From contig OY762210.1 of the NCBI GenBank assembly GCA_963665255.1, positions 2,366,929-2,430,928 on the forward strand: a stretch of DNA of 64,000 bases, written 5' to 3'. A program made the translations under genes and the position numbers. The notes beneath the pieces were generated by a model. The model saw nothing but the letters and a program-made list of their open reading frames with translations. It was not told the DNA's origin and ran no database searches. Shown one piece after another: positions 18,468-28,234 of the stretch. This stretch comes from Dehalococcoidia bacterium (GTDB lineage Bacteria; Chloroflexota; Dehalococcoidia; Lucifugimonadales; UBA1123). Within the stretch, counting starts at the first letter, position 1; the number at the start of each line of letters is the position of its first letter.

Positions 18468-18964
18468 TGCTCTCGCAGTCTCTCGTATTCTTCTACATCG
18501 CTGCCGCGCTGGTAATCATTGGCGGACTCGGCGTCGTACTCACCCGGAACATCGTCTATGCAGCCTTCGCTCTACTCGCAGCTATGCTTGGAGTCGCCGG
18601 AGTATTCCTGCTCATGTTCGCGGAGTTCCTGGCGCTGGTTCAGGTGCTCATCTATGGCGGCGCAGTCGTAATCGTAGTCCTGTTTTCGTTGATGCTGACT
18701 CGCATCCAGGACTTTGAAAACCTCACCGATCATCGACAGTGGCCGCTGGCAGCCCTACTTGCAATTGGGGTTTTCGCCCTGCTGGTAGCAGCGACCCTCA
18801 CGACAAGCGTACGCGTTGTCGAGCGACAAAGCCTCGGATTTCTTGAGTTGGGGGAAAGCCTGTTCACTGACTGGGCAGTCCCGTTCGAGGTGGCGTCCCT
18901 CGTGCTGCTGGTCGCATTGATAGGTTCAATCGTGCTGGTCAGGACAAGCGGTGGCCGAGATTGA
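18467..18964 (+). CDS. nuoJ: NADH-quinone oxidoreductase subunit J
   Basis: 165-aa 5-TM ND6-like protein in the conserved operon position. Its ATG overlaps the nuoI stop by 1 nt. Confidence 0.88.
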   Translation: MLSQSLVFFYIAAALVIIGGLGVVLTRNIVYAAFALLAAMLGVAGVFLLMFAEFLALVQVLIYGGAVVIVVLFSLMLTRIQDFENLTDHRQWPLAALLAIGVFALLVAATLTTSVRVVERQSLGFLELGESLFTDWAVPFEVASLVLLVALIGSIVLVRTSGGRD

Positions 18965-19278
18965 TTGAGCTTGCCCACCTCCAGGTTCTCGCAGCAGCCC
19001 TATTTTCAATCGGGCTATACGGAGTGCTGGCGCGACGGAGCGCGGTACTCATTCTGATGTCGATTGAGTTGATGCTGAACGCTGTCAACATCAATCTGAT
19101 CGGCTATGCGACCTTCGTAGACTTCGGCGAAGCACAAAGAGCGCTGGGCCAGGTCTTGATCATCTTCGTGATAACTATTGCTGCCGCTGAACTCGCACTG
19201 GCGATTGCGATCATACTCAGACTGTACCGAAATCGCAGTTCAGTAAACGTGGACCAGATCGACGCCCTCAGATGGTGA
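18961..19278 (+). CDS. nuoK: NADH-quinone oxidoreductase subunit K
   Basis: 105-aa 3-TM ND4L-like protein (LFSIGLYGVLARR, conserved Glu in SIELMLNAVN). TTG start overlapping the nuoJ stop. Confidence 0.9.
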   Translation: MIELAHLQVLAAALFSIGLYGVLARRSAVLILMSIELMLNAVNINLIGYATFVDFGEAQRALGQVLIIFVITIAAAELALAIAIILRLYRNRSSVNVDQIDALRW

Positions 19279-19309
19279 TCGACTCTGCTGGACTAAACTC
19301 ACCTGTTGA

Positions 19310-21190
19310 ATGACTGAAATCATCGGCACAAACTGGGCCTGGGTGATTCCCGCACTGAGCGCGGGAGCATTCTTCATAGTACTTCCCTTCCGTCGCTACC
19401 TGCCTGTACAGGGCGCACCTTTGTCCATAGCTGCAATTCTCCTCGGCTTTGTTCTCTTCTGGTTTGTGCTCGCAGACCTGTTGGCATCAGGCACGGCAGA
19501 TCTCAGCATCAGATGGCTCAGCGTCGGCGACACCACCCTGACCTGGGGCACGACCGTGGATCAGATCTCGGTCACTATGCTGGGGCTTGTCACGTTTGTC
19601 GCGCTGCTGGTGCAGGTCTACTCGCTCGGCTACATGAAGCATGATGGCAAGTACGACCCCGGACTGGGTCGCTACTATGCAGTCCACTCTCTATTCGTCG
19701 CAGCGATGCTGGCGCTGGTCCTGGCCGACAACCTCGTCTTCCTGTACATCACCTGGGAGTTGGTGGGACTCGGCTCCTACCTGCTCATAGGCTTCTGGTA
19801 CGAGCGTCGCTCGGCAGCGGAGGCAGCCAAGAAGGCGTTCATCACCACGCGAATAGGCGACGTGGGACTCCTGATAGGGATAGTTCTCCTCTTCAGGGCC
19901 ACCGGGACATTCGACATCTCTACGCTGATTCACATCGCGCAGAACGGCGGCATCGAACAGGGAACGCTTAACGTTTCCATGTTCCTGATATTCCTCGGCG
20001 CGATGGGCAAGTCGGCGCAGGTTCCGTTCCATGTCTGGCTCCCCGATGCGATGGAGGGCCCGACGCCAGTGAGCGCCCTCATACATGCCGCGACGATGGT
20101 TGCCGCCGGCGTCTACCTGGTCGCGAGGCTCATGCCTCTGTTCGAACTCACGCCGACTGTCCTCGTTGTGGTGGCGTCGGTTGGCGTGGTTACCTTCGTG
20201 TTCGCTGGAACAATCGCGCTGGTAGTCACCGACATCAAGCGGGTACTCGCCTACTCCACAGTCAGTCACCTCGGTCTCATGATGTTGTCGCTTGGTGCAG
20301 GTGGAGTCGGCGTAGCGCTGTTCCATCTGGTGGCCCACGGCGTGGCGAAGGCCATGTTGTTCCTCGGAGCCGGCAGCGTGATGCACGCGATGCACGAAGA
20401 GACCGACATTCGCAAGATGGGCGGCCTGAGGCGACGGATGCCCGTTACAGGTTGGACCTTCGCGATTGGCGCTGCGTCTCTCGCAGGGGTCATTCCCCTG
20501 GCAGGTTTCTTCACCAAGGACGAAGTACTGTTGCGAGTGCTGGAGTACCGGCATCCCGTGTTCATCGTCCTGGCGCTGTTTGGCGTTGTACTCAGCGCTC
20601 TGTACATGGCCAGGCTCACATTTGCCACATTCTTCGGCGAACCGAAGTCCGACCACTCTGAAGTTCACGAATCTCCCACAGTTATGACATTGCCGTTACT
20701 GCTGCTGGCGATACCCGCTATCGGCGTAGGCTTCTTCGCGTTCGGACTCGGTGACACCTACAAGGGATTCGCCGGCTTCATCGACGGACACAGCAAGTTC
20801 CACCTGAACATCTGGCTTAGCATCGCCTCACTTGTTTTGGCAGGCATCGGAATCTGGATCGGATGGGCTGCATACATTCGAGGCTCACTCTCGACCGAGA
20901 GGATCATCGACCGCTTCCAGTCCGTACACCGCGTGCTCGCAGCAAAGTACTACGTGGACGAGATCTACCAGTGGGTGATCGACCGCATCGTACTGGTGCT
21001 TGGCCGGTTCATTGCCGCCTTTGACAGAGTGGTAGTCAACGACACCGCTGTTGATGGCACAGGAGATAGCGTCAAGATCTCAGGCTTCCGCATGAAATTC
21101 GTCCAGACCGGACGAATCTACAACTACGGCATGGCCATGGCAGCCGGTGTTGTGATCCTGTCACTGATCTGGTGGATCGTCCAGACGTAG
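19310..21190 (+). CDS. nuoL: NADH-quinone oxidoreductase subunit L
   Basis: 626-aa antiporter-like subunit (ND5) with WEGVGL-like WELVGLGSYLLIGFW and MGKSAQVPFHVWLPDAMEGPTPVSALIHAATMV motifs. Confidence 0.95.
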   Translation: MTEIIGTNWAWVIPALSAGAFFIVLPFRRYLPVQGAPLSIAAILLGFVLFWFVLADLLASGTADLSIRWLSVGDTTLTWGTTVDQISVTMLGLVTFVALLVQVYSLGYMKHDGKYDPGLGRYYAVHSLFVAAMLALVLADNLVFLYITWELVGLGSYLLIGFWYERRSAAEAAKKAFITTRIGDVGLLIGIVLLFRATGTFDISTLIHIAQNGGIEQGTLNVSMFLIFLGAMGKSAQVPFHVWLPDAMEGPTPVSALIHAATMVAAGVYLVARLMPLFELTPTVLVVVASVGVVTFVFAGTIALVVTDIKRVLAYSTVSHLGLMMLSLGAGGVGVALFHLVAHGVAKAMLFLGAGSVMHAMHEETDIRKMGGLRRRMPVTGWTFAIGAASLAGVIPLAGFFTKDEVLLRVLEYRHPVFIVLALFGVVLSALYMARLTFATFFGEPKSDHSEVHESPTVMTLPLLLLAIPAIGVGFFAFGLGDTYKGFAGFIDGHSKFHLNIWLSIASLVLAGIGIWIGWAAYIRGSLSTERIIDRFQSVHRVLAAKYYVDEIYQWVIDRIVLVLGRFIAAFDRVVVNDTAVDGTGDSVKISGFRMKFVQTGRIYNYGMAMAAGVVILSLIWWIVQT

Positions 21191-21191
21191 C

Positions 21192-22736
21192 ATGTTCGGA
21201 TTCGATCCATACGTCCTGTTGCTGTTGATTGTCTTGCCTCTTGTCGGGGCCGGGGCCATCCTGGTCACGCCCGGGAGCAACGTCAGGGCGATACGCATGG
21301 AGGCAGCGGTCGCCGCGACCGTGACCATGCTGCTCTCGGTCTACGTGTTCCTTGCCTACGATCATTCTGTCGGGGGAATGCAGCTCGAGAGAACCTGGCA
21401 GTGGCTGTCGATGCCCGGTCCGTGGCCGCTCGGCGACCACGCCATAACTCTCCACCTCGCCATTGATGGCATTGCAGCCCCGATGGTGTTGCTGACCGGA
21501 ATCGTGCTGTTCACGGGCGTTCTGGTGTCCTGGAGAGTTGGCGACAGCGAAGAGGACTCGAAACCTCCCAAGGCTTACTTCGTCCTCTACCTTCTGCTCC
21601 TTTCAGGGGTGTTCGGCGTGTTCGTGACGCTGGACATGTTCTTCTTCTTCTTCTTCTACGAATTGGCAGTGCTCCCCATGTACCTGTTGATAGGCGTCTG
21701 GGGAAGCAGTTCGACGTTCCCGACGTTCAGTCGCACCAAGGAATACGGTGCGATGAAGCTCATGATTTACCTCGTGGCAGGCAGCGTCCTGATCTGGGTG
21801 GCAATGCTGGCCATTTTCGTGGAGGGGGGCCTTGGAACCTTCGACCTCGTAGCTCTCGAGCAGGTGACGTTCTCAGACAACTTCCAGAAGATATTCTTCC
21901 CCTTGCTGATGGTCGGATTCGGTGTGCTGGCGGGCCTCTGGCCATTCCACACGTGGTCACCTGACGGCCACGTCGCTGCCCCGACTGCGGTGAGCATGGT
22001 CCACGCAGGCGTTCTGATGAAACTGGGGGCATTCGGAATCATCCGAATCGGCATGATGCTGATGCCTGAGGGCGCTCAGGCGTGGATGCCAGCGCTTATT
22101 GGCCTGGGCACGGTAAACGTAATCTACGGGGCTTGGTCAGCAATAGGACAGAACGACCTGAAGTACGTAATTGGCTACTCCAGCGTGAGCCACATGGGGT
22201 ACGTGCTGATGGGCATCGCAACACTCAACCCGCTGGGTCTCAGCGGAGCGGTGCTCCAGATGTTCAGCCACGGAATCATGACAGCCCTCTTCTTCGCCGT
22301 CGTCGGTGCCATCTACGAAAGGACGCACACTCGTGACATCTACACACTCGATGGCCTGGCTAAGCGAATGGGGTTCACAGCCACGATGTTTGCCATCGCA
22401 GGACTTGCCTCGCTCGGCCTACCTGGACTGAGTGGATTCGTTGCTGAGCTGCTCGTATTCCTCGGTCTATTCCAGACCTATCCGCTGCTGGGTGTACTAG
22501 GCATTATCGGCGCCGCCATTACCGCGGTGTACATACTGAGACTGCTGGCGCGCGTCTTCTTTGGACCACTGGGAGAACGCTGGGAAGACCAGACCGACGC
22601 TAGCGGCCTGGAACGGGTCTCGACCCTGGTCCTCGCAGGCTTCATCCTGCTTGTCGGCCTGTTCCCCTTCCCGTTCATCCGAGTCATTGAGAGCGGAGTG
22701 TTCGAGGTGCTCGCCAGGTTCGGAGACGTGGGATGA
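21192..22736 (+). CDS. nuoM: NADH-quinone oxidoreductase subunit M
   Basis: 514-aa ND4-like antiporter subunit (FHTWSPDGHVAAPTAVSMVHAGVLMKLG). Confidence 0.95.
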   Translation: MFGFDPYVLLLLIVLPLVGAGAILVTPGSNVRAIRMEAAVAATVTMLLSVYVFLAYDHSVGGMQLERTWQWLSMPGPWPLGDHAITLHLAIDGIAAPMVLLTGIVLFTGVLVSWRVGDSEEDSKPPKAYFVLYLLLLSGVFGVFVTLDMFFFFFFYELAVLPMYLLIGVWGSSSTFPTFSRTKEYGAMKLMIYLVAGSVLIWVAMLAIFVEGGLGTFDLVALEQVTFSDNFQKIFFPLLMVGFGVLAGLWPFHTWSPDGHVAAPTAVSMVHAGVLMKLGAFGIIRIGMMLMPEGAQAWMPALIGLGTVNVIYGAWSAIGQNDLKYVIGYSSVSHMGYVLMGIATLNPLGLSGAVLQMFSHGIMTALFFAVVGAIYERTHTRDIYTLDGLAKRMGFTATMFAIAGLASLGLPGLSGFVAELLVFLGLFQTYPLLGVLGIIGAAITAVYILRLLARVFFGPLGERWEDQTDASGLERVSTLVLAGFILLVGLFPFPFIRVIESGVFEVLARFGDVG

Positions 22737-24217
22737 ACAACAACTTCCTGCTCCTCCTCCCCGAGTTCATGGTGACCGGACTGGCGTTCGCCATCCTGAC
22801 TCTCGACTTCTTTATTGGCAGAGACAGAAAGCACTGGCTCGGGTATCTGGCTGCCGCCGGACTGGCATTCACGCTCATTGTCATGCTGGTCTACCAATGG
22901 AACACCACTGACAGCCTCTACGACGGCCTGATTTCGATAGACGGATACTCTCTGTTCTTCAGGGCAGTCTTCCTGGTGATGGCCATCGTGATAGTGCTGT
23001 CCTCGGTTGAGTACGTCCGCAAGAACCTCGAATACCCGGGCGAGTATTACGCGATCCTGGTCTTTGCCGTCGTTGGCATGATGCTGATGTCAGCATCACG
23101 CGAACTGCTAACTGCATACATCTCACTAGAGCTGCTGAGCTTCAGCCTCTACGTGTTGGTGTCGTTCGACCGCTATAACCCGAGATCGAACGAAGGTGGC
23201 ACGAAGTACATACTGCTGGGCGCCGTTTCGTCAGCCCTACTTCTTTTCGGCATCAGCCAGATCTTCGGACTCACCGGTACTACCAGGTTCGACGAGATCG
23301 GCAGCGCGCTCAGGGCCGCCAGCGAGATCAGCCCCGGTGTCCTGGTCGGGCTCGTGCTGATAATCGCAGGACTCGGATTCAAGGTCGCCGCAGTCCCCTT
23401 CCACATGTGGGCACCTGACGCTTACGAAGGAGCACCAATTCCCATAACCGCCTTCCTGGCCGTCGCGTCGAAGGCTGCGGCGTTCGCCCTGTCCCTCAGG
23501 TTCTTTGCGGAATCGCTGCTTCCGATAATTGGAGAATGGCAGATCATTCTAGCGATTCTGGCGGCGCTGACGGTGACGGTCGGCAACCTGGTCGCACTTG
23601 CGCAGACGAATCTCAAGAGACTGCTCGCCTACTCCAGCATCGCTCACGTTGGGTACCTGCTGATGGGCCTGGCCGCGTTGGCAGTTGTCGAGCCCGATGG
23701 TGACGTTCAGCGAAACGTCTCCCATCTCGCCTCCAACGGGCTCATGCTACATCTCGTCGCGTACGGCATCACCAACTCAGCGGCTTTCCTTTGCCTGGCC
23801 GCCTTCTATAACGAGACAAAACGGGACGACATAGCTGATCTCGCAGGCTCGGCCCGTCGCGCGCCTTTCCTGACACTGGTCATGGCAGCTTCACTGTTTT
23901 CACTGGCAGGCCTCCCGTTCTTCGCGGGGTTCGTGAGCAAGTTCTACCTGTTCAGCGCGGTAGCTGCACAGGGTCTACTGTGGCTTGCCGGGCTTGCGAT
24001 CTTCACAAGCCTCCTCTCGCTTTATTACTATCTTCAGGTAATTCGACAGATGTACATTGAGGAGCCAAGGGTTTCGGGAGCTATCCGGATTCCAAAGGTG
24101 ACGATTGGCCTACTGGGGGTCCTTCTGGCTGGAATGGTCCTTTTAGGCGTGTACCCGGCTCCTGTAATGGACGCGATTCAACACGCAAGCGATGCTCTAT
24201 TTGCGTCCATCGGCTAA
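22733..24217 (+). CDS. nuoN: NADH-quinone oxidoreductase subunit N
   Basis: 494-aa ND2-like subunit (PFHMWAPDAYEGAPIPITAFLAVASKAA). ATGA overlap with nuoM. Confidence 0.95.
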   Translation: MNNNFLLLLPEFMVTGLAFAILTLDFFIGRDRKHWLGYLAAAGLAFTLIVMLVYQWNTTDSLYDGLISIDGYSLFFRAVFLVMAIVIVLSSVEYVRKNLEYPGEYYAILVFAVVGMMLMSASRELLTAYISLELLSFSLYVLVSFDRYNPRSNEGGTKYILLGAVSSALLLFGISQIFGLTGTTRFDEIGSALRAASEISPGVLVGLVLIIAGLGFKVAAVPFHMWAPDAYEGAPIPITAFLAVASKAAAFALSLRFFAESLLPIIGEWQIILAILAALTVTVGNLVALAQTNLKRLLAYSSIAHVGYLLMGLAALAVVEPDGDVQRNVSHLASNGLMLHLVAYGITNSAAFLCLAAFYNETKRDDIADLAGSARRAPFLTLVMAASLFSLAGLPFFAGFVSKFYLFSAVAAQGLLWLAGLAIFTSLLSLYYYLQVIRQMYIEEPRVSGAIRIPKVTIGLLGVLLAGMVLLGVYPAPVMDAIQHASDALFASIG

Positions 24218-24248
24218 AGGGACGAGCATTAAATACTGGGGAGAATAG

Positions 24249-24968
24249 ATGGAAACCGAAAACGGATACTCTAGCGCAATGGTCGTAATTGCCCACGCAG
24301 ACGACGCTGAGTACGGCTGCTCAGGCACCGTCGCTAAGCTTTGCGCCGAAGGGTGGGAGATGACGTACGTCCTGTGCACCGACGGCAGCAAGGGCAGTTC
24401 AGACCGCGAAATCACTGGAGAAGAGCTGGCAGCAATGCGCCAGGATGAGCAGGTCAACGCCGGGAAAGTACTCGGCTTAAGAGACGTGGCCTTCCTGGGA
24501 TACCCGGACGGCTACCTGGAGCCCACCCTGGACGTGCGTCGGGACATTGCACGCGAGATACGCCGATACAAGCCAGACGTGCTGATCTGCCAGTATCCAC
24601 TGCGTGTGCTCGACGGCGGCTGGGGCGTTGGCCATCCAGACCACCTCGCGGCAGGCGAGGCGGCACTCGCGGCCGTATTTCCGACCGCGAGAGACCACAT
24701 GACCTTCCCCGAGCTGTTGGAAGAAGGCTTCGAACCCCACAAGGTTGCCGAGGTCTGGATCATGGGACATCCCGACCCAGACATTCGCATCGACGTCACT
24801 GACCATATGGAGACAGCCGTCAAGGCTCTCGCCGAGCACATCACACAGACAGGTGGGCGCCCTTACCAGGAACTCCTACCTCGAATGCAGGAGTGGCGCC
24901 GCCGGGGATCTGAAGGTACTGGAATGCTTTATTCCGAGTCCTTCAAGAAGATCCAGTTCAGGCGTTAG
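24249..24968 (+). CDS. PIG-L/LmbE family deacetylase
   Basis: AHADDAEYG (AHPDDE-type) and GHPDH zinc-binding motifs. 239 aa, 31 nt downstream of nuoN. Confidence 0.85.
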   Translation: METENGYSSAMVVIAHADDAEYGCSGTVAKLCAEGWEMTYVLCTDGSKGSSDREITGEELAAMRQDEQVNAGKVLGLRDVAFLGYPDGYLEPTLDVRRDIAREIRRYKPDVLICQYPLRVLDGGWGVGHPDHLAAGEAALAAVFPTARDHMTFPELLEEGFEPHKVAEVWIMGHPDPDIRIDVTDHMETAVKALAEHITQTGGRPYQELLPRMQEWRRRGSEGTGMLYSESFKKIQFRR

Positions 24969-24983
24969 GATGGCGTCCCGCTC

Positions 24984-27308
24984 CTAGCTGACTCCCGCCT
25001 CCCGCAGCGCCTTCGTCACAACCGCTGGCGACATGGGCAACTCGGTAAGTCTTACCCCCGTTGCGTCGTAGATGGCATTGGCTATCGCAGCCATTGGCGG
25101 CACAATCGAGACCTCTCCAACGCCCCGGACCCCGTACGGATGTCCGGGGTTGGCAATTTCAACGATCACGGTGTCGATCATGGGTAGGTCCAGGCTGGTC
25201 GGCATTCGATAGTCCAGGAACGTCGAGTTCTGCATCGTGCCGTCGTCCCCGAAGTAGTACTCCTCGTTGAGCGCCCAGCCGATGCCCTGCACCGCTCCGC
25301 CCTGGATCTGCCCCTCGACGTAGCTGGGATGGATCGCCTTGCCCGCATCCTGCAGGGCCGTAAACCGCAGTATTTCAACCTTTCCGGTCTCGGGATCGAC
25401 CTCCACGTCGACAACGTTAACGGCGAAAGCGTTGCCAACGCCGCCCGGATTTACAGTCGCCCGCCCTACTATCGGGCCCCCTGTGCCGTTTAGCTGCGAT
25501 GCCAGGTCCTTAAAACTGATGCTGAGCTCTGTATCCTGACGGTGTCTGAGTGTGGCGTCCTCGTACTCGACGTCGTCGGAATCGACCTCCCATATACGGG
25601 CAGCACGCTCGATTAGCTGCGCCCTCGCGTCCTGCGCAGCCTCGTAGCAGGCATGTCCCATCTTGAACGTGACTCCGCTTCCACCAGCGCCGGAACTGTA
25701 ACCAATCGAATCTGTATCGACGATTGCAGGGCGCACGTCATCAACTGGAATCTGGAGCACCTCGGCGACGTGCATGGCCATCGCGGCCCTGCTTCCACCG
25801 ATGTCTGGAGACCCCTCGATCAGGCTGACCGTGCCGTCAGGATTAATTGACGCCACCGCCGAGGCCGGACCCGACCCATTAAACCAGGCCCCGCCGGCAA
25901 CCCCGCGGCCCTGCAGCTTCCCCTCGAGCTTAGTCTGCAGATGAGGGTGTTCGCGTGTCGCTTCGAGAATCTCTTTGTTCCCAATTCGCTGGTATCTGGG
26001 GCCTGCGACCTGCCGCGTGCCCTCTTCGGACGTATTGATCAGGCGAAGCTCCACGGGATCCATGTCGAGCTTCCTGGCCAGTTCATCCAGTGCTTGCTCA
26101 GCCGCGAACGCCGCTGCCGGAGACCCTGGTGCGCGATATGCAGACGACTTCTGCTTATTGACCAGCACGTCTACGCCTTCGACAAGGGCATTCGGGATGT
26201 TGTACGGACCGAACATCGTCCTGCACCCTGAGGCAACGGGAGATCCCGGGAACGCGCCGGCTTCATACGTGAGGTGAGCCTCTGCGGCAGTAATTTCGCC
26301 GGTCGCCTTCGCGCCAATCTTGACAGTAATGTGAGTGCCGGAGGTTGGGCCGCTGCCAACGAACACCTCCTCGCGGGTCATAACGATCTTCACCGGCTGA
26401 CCGGACTTTTGAGAGAGCTTTGCAGCCAGCGGCTCAAGGTACACACCGCCCTGTCCCTTTCCTCCGAAGCCGCCGCCGATCTCCATCGGGACCACTTTAA
26501 CGTGGGAAACAGGAAGGTCGAGCATCCGTGAGGTGTGGTCTCGAACTGCGAAGTGACCCTGGCTGCTGCACCAGACGGTGACGTAGCCATCGCTGCCCCA
26601 TTGGGCGGTTGCGGCGTGCGGCTCAATGTACCCCTGGTGTACGGCCTGGGTCTTGTACTCCTCCTCCACTACGACGTCTGCCTCCGCGAAACCCTCTTCG
26701 ATGCTGCCGAGGCTGAACTCGAACCGGTTAGCGAGGTTGGTCTGTTCCTCGGAGTCGCCCCAGCCACCTGCCCTGAGCGTAGGACTGTGCACAGTGAGTA
26801 GGCGTTCATGAAGAATTGGCGCGTCAGACTCCAGTGCACTATCAGCGTCCAGCACGTGAGTAAGCACCTCATAGTCCACGTCGATCAGGTCGAGCGCATG
26901 CTCCGCAGTCGCTAAATCGATCGCAGCAACCGCTGCCACGACGTGACCCTTGTACAGGGCCTTCTCCCTGGCGATCACGTTCCTACTGTAGAAGCCGTAG
27001 TTGACCATGGCGCCTTCCGCCTGGTCGGTGAACTCCGCTGACACTTCGGGCATGTCCGCTGCCGTCACAACGGCTTTGACCCCAGGGAGTGCCAGGGCCC
27101 CGGAAGCGTCAATCGAGCGGATGCGCGCGTGAGCATAAGGACTGCGAAGCAGCTTGCCATGGAGCATCCCGGGTAGGTGTATATCCGCGCTGTAGCGTGC
27201 CCTCCCTGTCACTTTGTCCAGACCGTCAGGCCGGACGGGCCTTGATCCAACGGTGTCAAACTCCTCGTTAGACAGAACGAGATTTGGTTCATATGTCTGA
27301 GTCGCCAT
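24984..27308 (-). CDS. xanthine dehydrogenase/aldehyde oxidase family molybdopterin-binding large subunit
   Basis: N-terminal VGSRPVRPDGLDKVTGRARYSADI, AYRAPG motif and ~774 aa. Start set at ATG 27308, preceded by GGAGG. The 56 extra codons of the track ORF run through the intergenic region. Confidence 0.9.
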   Translation of the reverse strand: MATQTYEPNLVLSNEEFDTVGSRPVRPDGLDKVTGRARYSADIHLPGMLHGKLLRSPYAHARIRSIDASGALALPGVKAVVTAADMPEVSAEFTDQAEGAMVNYGFYSRNVIAREKALYKGHVVAAVAAIDLATAEHALDLIDVDYEVLTHVLDADSALESDAPILHERLLTVHSPTLRAGGWGDSEEQTNLANRFEFSLGSIEEGFAEADVVVEEEYKTQAVHQGYIEPHAATAQWGSDGYVTVWCSSQGHFAVRDHTSRMLDLPVSHVKVVPMEIGGGFGGKGQGGVYLEPLAAKLSQKSGQPVKIVMTREEVFVGSGPTSGTHITVKIGAKATGEITAAEAHLTYEAGAFPGSPVASGCRTMFGPYNIPNALVEGVDVLVNKQKSSAYRAPGSPAAAFAAEQALDELARKLDMDPVELRLINTSEEGTRQVAGPRYQRIGNKEILEATREHPHLQTKLEGKLQGRGVAGGAWFNGSGPASAVASINPDGTVSLIEGSPDIGGSRAAMAMHVAEVLQIPVDDVRPAIVDTDSIGYSSGAGGSGVTFKMGHACYEAAQDARAQLIERAARIWEVDSDDVEYEDATLRHRQDTELSISFKDLASQLNGTGGPIVGRATVNPGGVGNAFAVNVVDVEVDPETGKVEILRFTALQDAGKAIHPSYVEGQIQGGAVQGIGWALNEEYYFGDDGTMQNSTFLDYRMPTSLDLPMIDTVIVEIANPGHPYGVRGVGEVSIVPPMAAIANAIYDATGVRLTELPMSPAVVTKALREAGVS

Positions 27309-27469
27309 GAGTCGCCTCCGTGGCAAGTTCTTTGGTAATCCTGTAAGCCGTAATGTATCACGAGAGACGGGAAGTTCGTTAGTGGACGCATGGCGGCAGA
27401 GTCTTCGACGTACTGCTACCATGAGCAACCAGTACAGCCGAATGTGATCGTCAGGAGAATTTCTCGGAC

Positions 27470-28234
27470 ATGCCAACCATCAGTGCCATAAACCTCGCGC
27501 CGGTGAAGTCTCTCGGTCTAATCAGCCTTGATCGGGCTGACATATACTCACGAGGCATCGAGGGCGACAGGCGTTTCATTGTTCTCGATGATACGGACAA
27601 AGTGGTGACACAGCGCCAGATCGGGCAACTCACGCTTGTGACCGCAGATTACTGCACTGCTGACAACCGGCTAAAGATCACGTTTCCCGATGGCAGCGTG
27701 ATTGACGGGCGACCTGAACCGGGTGAGTCAACTGCCACGGTGCTCTGGGGACGCGTGGTAGAGGGCAAGCTGGTCAAGGGGCCATGGTCAGCGGCACTAT
27801 CCGAATTCTGCGGCGCAGAGCTGAGCCTTTTCGAGTCGAACAGCCCCGGAGTATGTTTCGACGAGTACCCGGTGTCGATCATTTCCCAAGCATCCATTGA
27901 CTACCTGACTGGCCTGACCGAGGGCTCGAAGGCGTTCGAGGCCGAGAGGTTCAGGCCCACGCTCCTACTCGACGGCTGTGAGCCCCACGAAGAAGACTCG
28001 TGGCTGGGAAAGGGAGTACGCATAGGGGAGCGACTTAGATTGCGACTCATCTCACGCGATCCCCGGTGCGCTATCACTACCCTAGACCCGTCAACAGGCG
28101 AGCGCGACTTCGATACGCTGAGGCTGATTCTGAGTTACCGCCCAAGCGTTCGCGCCGCCTACTTCGGCGTATACGGCATCGTCGAGTCACCCGGTACTGT
28201 GGCGGTCGGAGACGAGGTCCAGGTGACTATATGA
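27470..28234 (+). CDS. MOSC domain-containing protein (MOSC_N beta-barrel + MOSC)
   Basis: 254 aa. N-terminal INLAPVKSLG..GDRRF pattern and conserved Cys region ISRDPRCAITTLDPSTGERD. Confidence 0.8.
   Translation: MPTISAINLAPVKSLGLISLDRADIYSRGIEGDRRFIVLDDTDKVVTQRQIGQLTLVTADYCTADNRLKITFPDGSVIDGRPEPGESTATVLWGRVVEGKLVKGPWSAALSEFCGAELSLFESNSPGVCFDEYPVSIISQASIDYLTGLTEGSKAFEAERFRPTLLLDGCEPHEEDSWLGKGVRIGERLRLRLISRDPRCAITTLDPSTGERDFDTLRLILSYRPSVRAAYFGVYGIVESPGTVAVGDEVQVTI

Noticed and set aside
19691-20668. 325-aa ORF antisense to nuoL
   Set aside because: The same argument applies. It overlaps a conserved complex I gene, has an Arg/His/Glu-rich composition and has no RBS.
21639-21656. (TTC)6 trinucleotide run inside nuoM as a possible phase-variation tract
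   Set aside because: It is in frame, encodes FFFFFF within a TM helix of an essential respiratory subunit, and is only six units long. Nothing suggests slipped-strand regulation.
14056-24217. Absence of nuoEFG read as a deletion or pseudogenised operon
   Set aside because: nuoD and nuoH overlap by ATGA, and all eleven genes are intact with coupled starts. This is a native 11-gene architecture.
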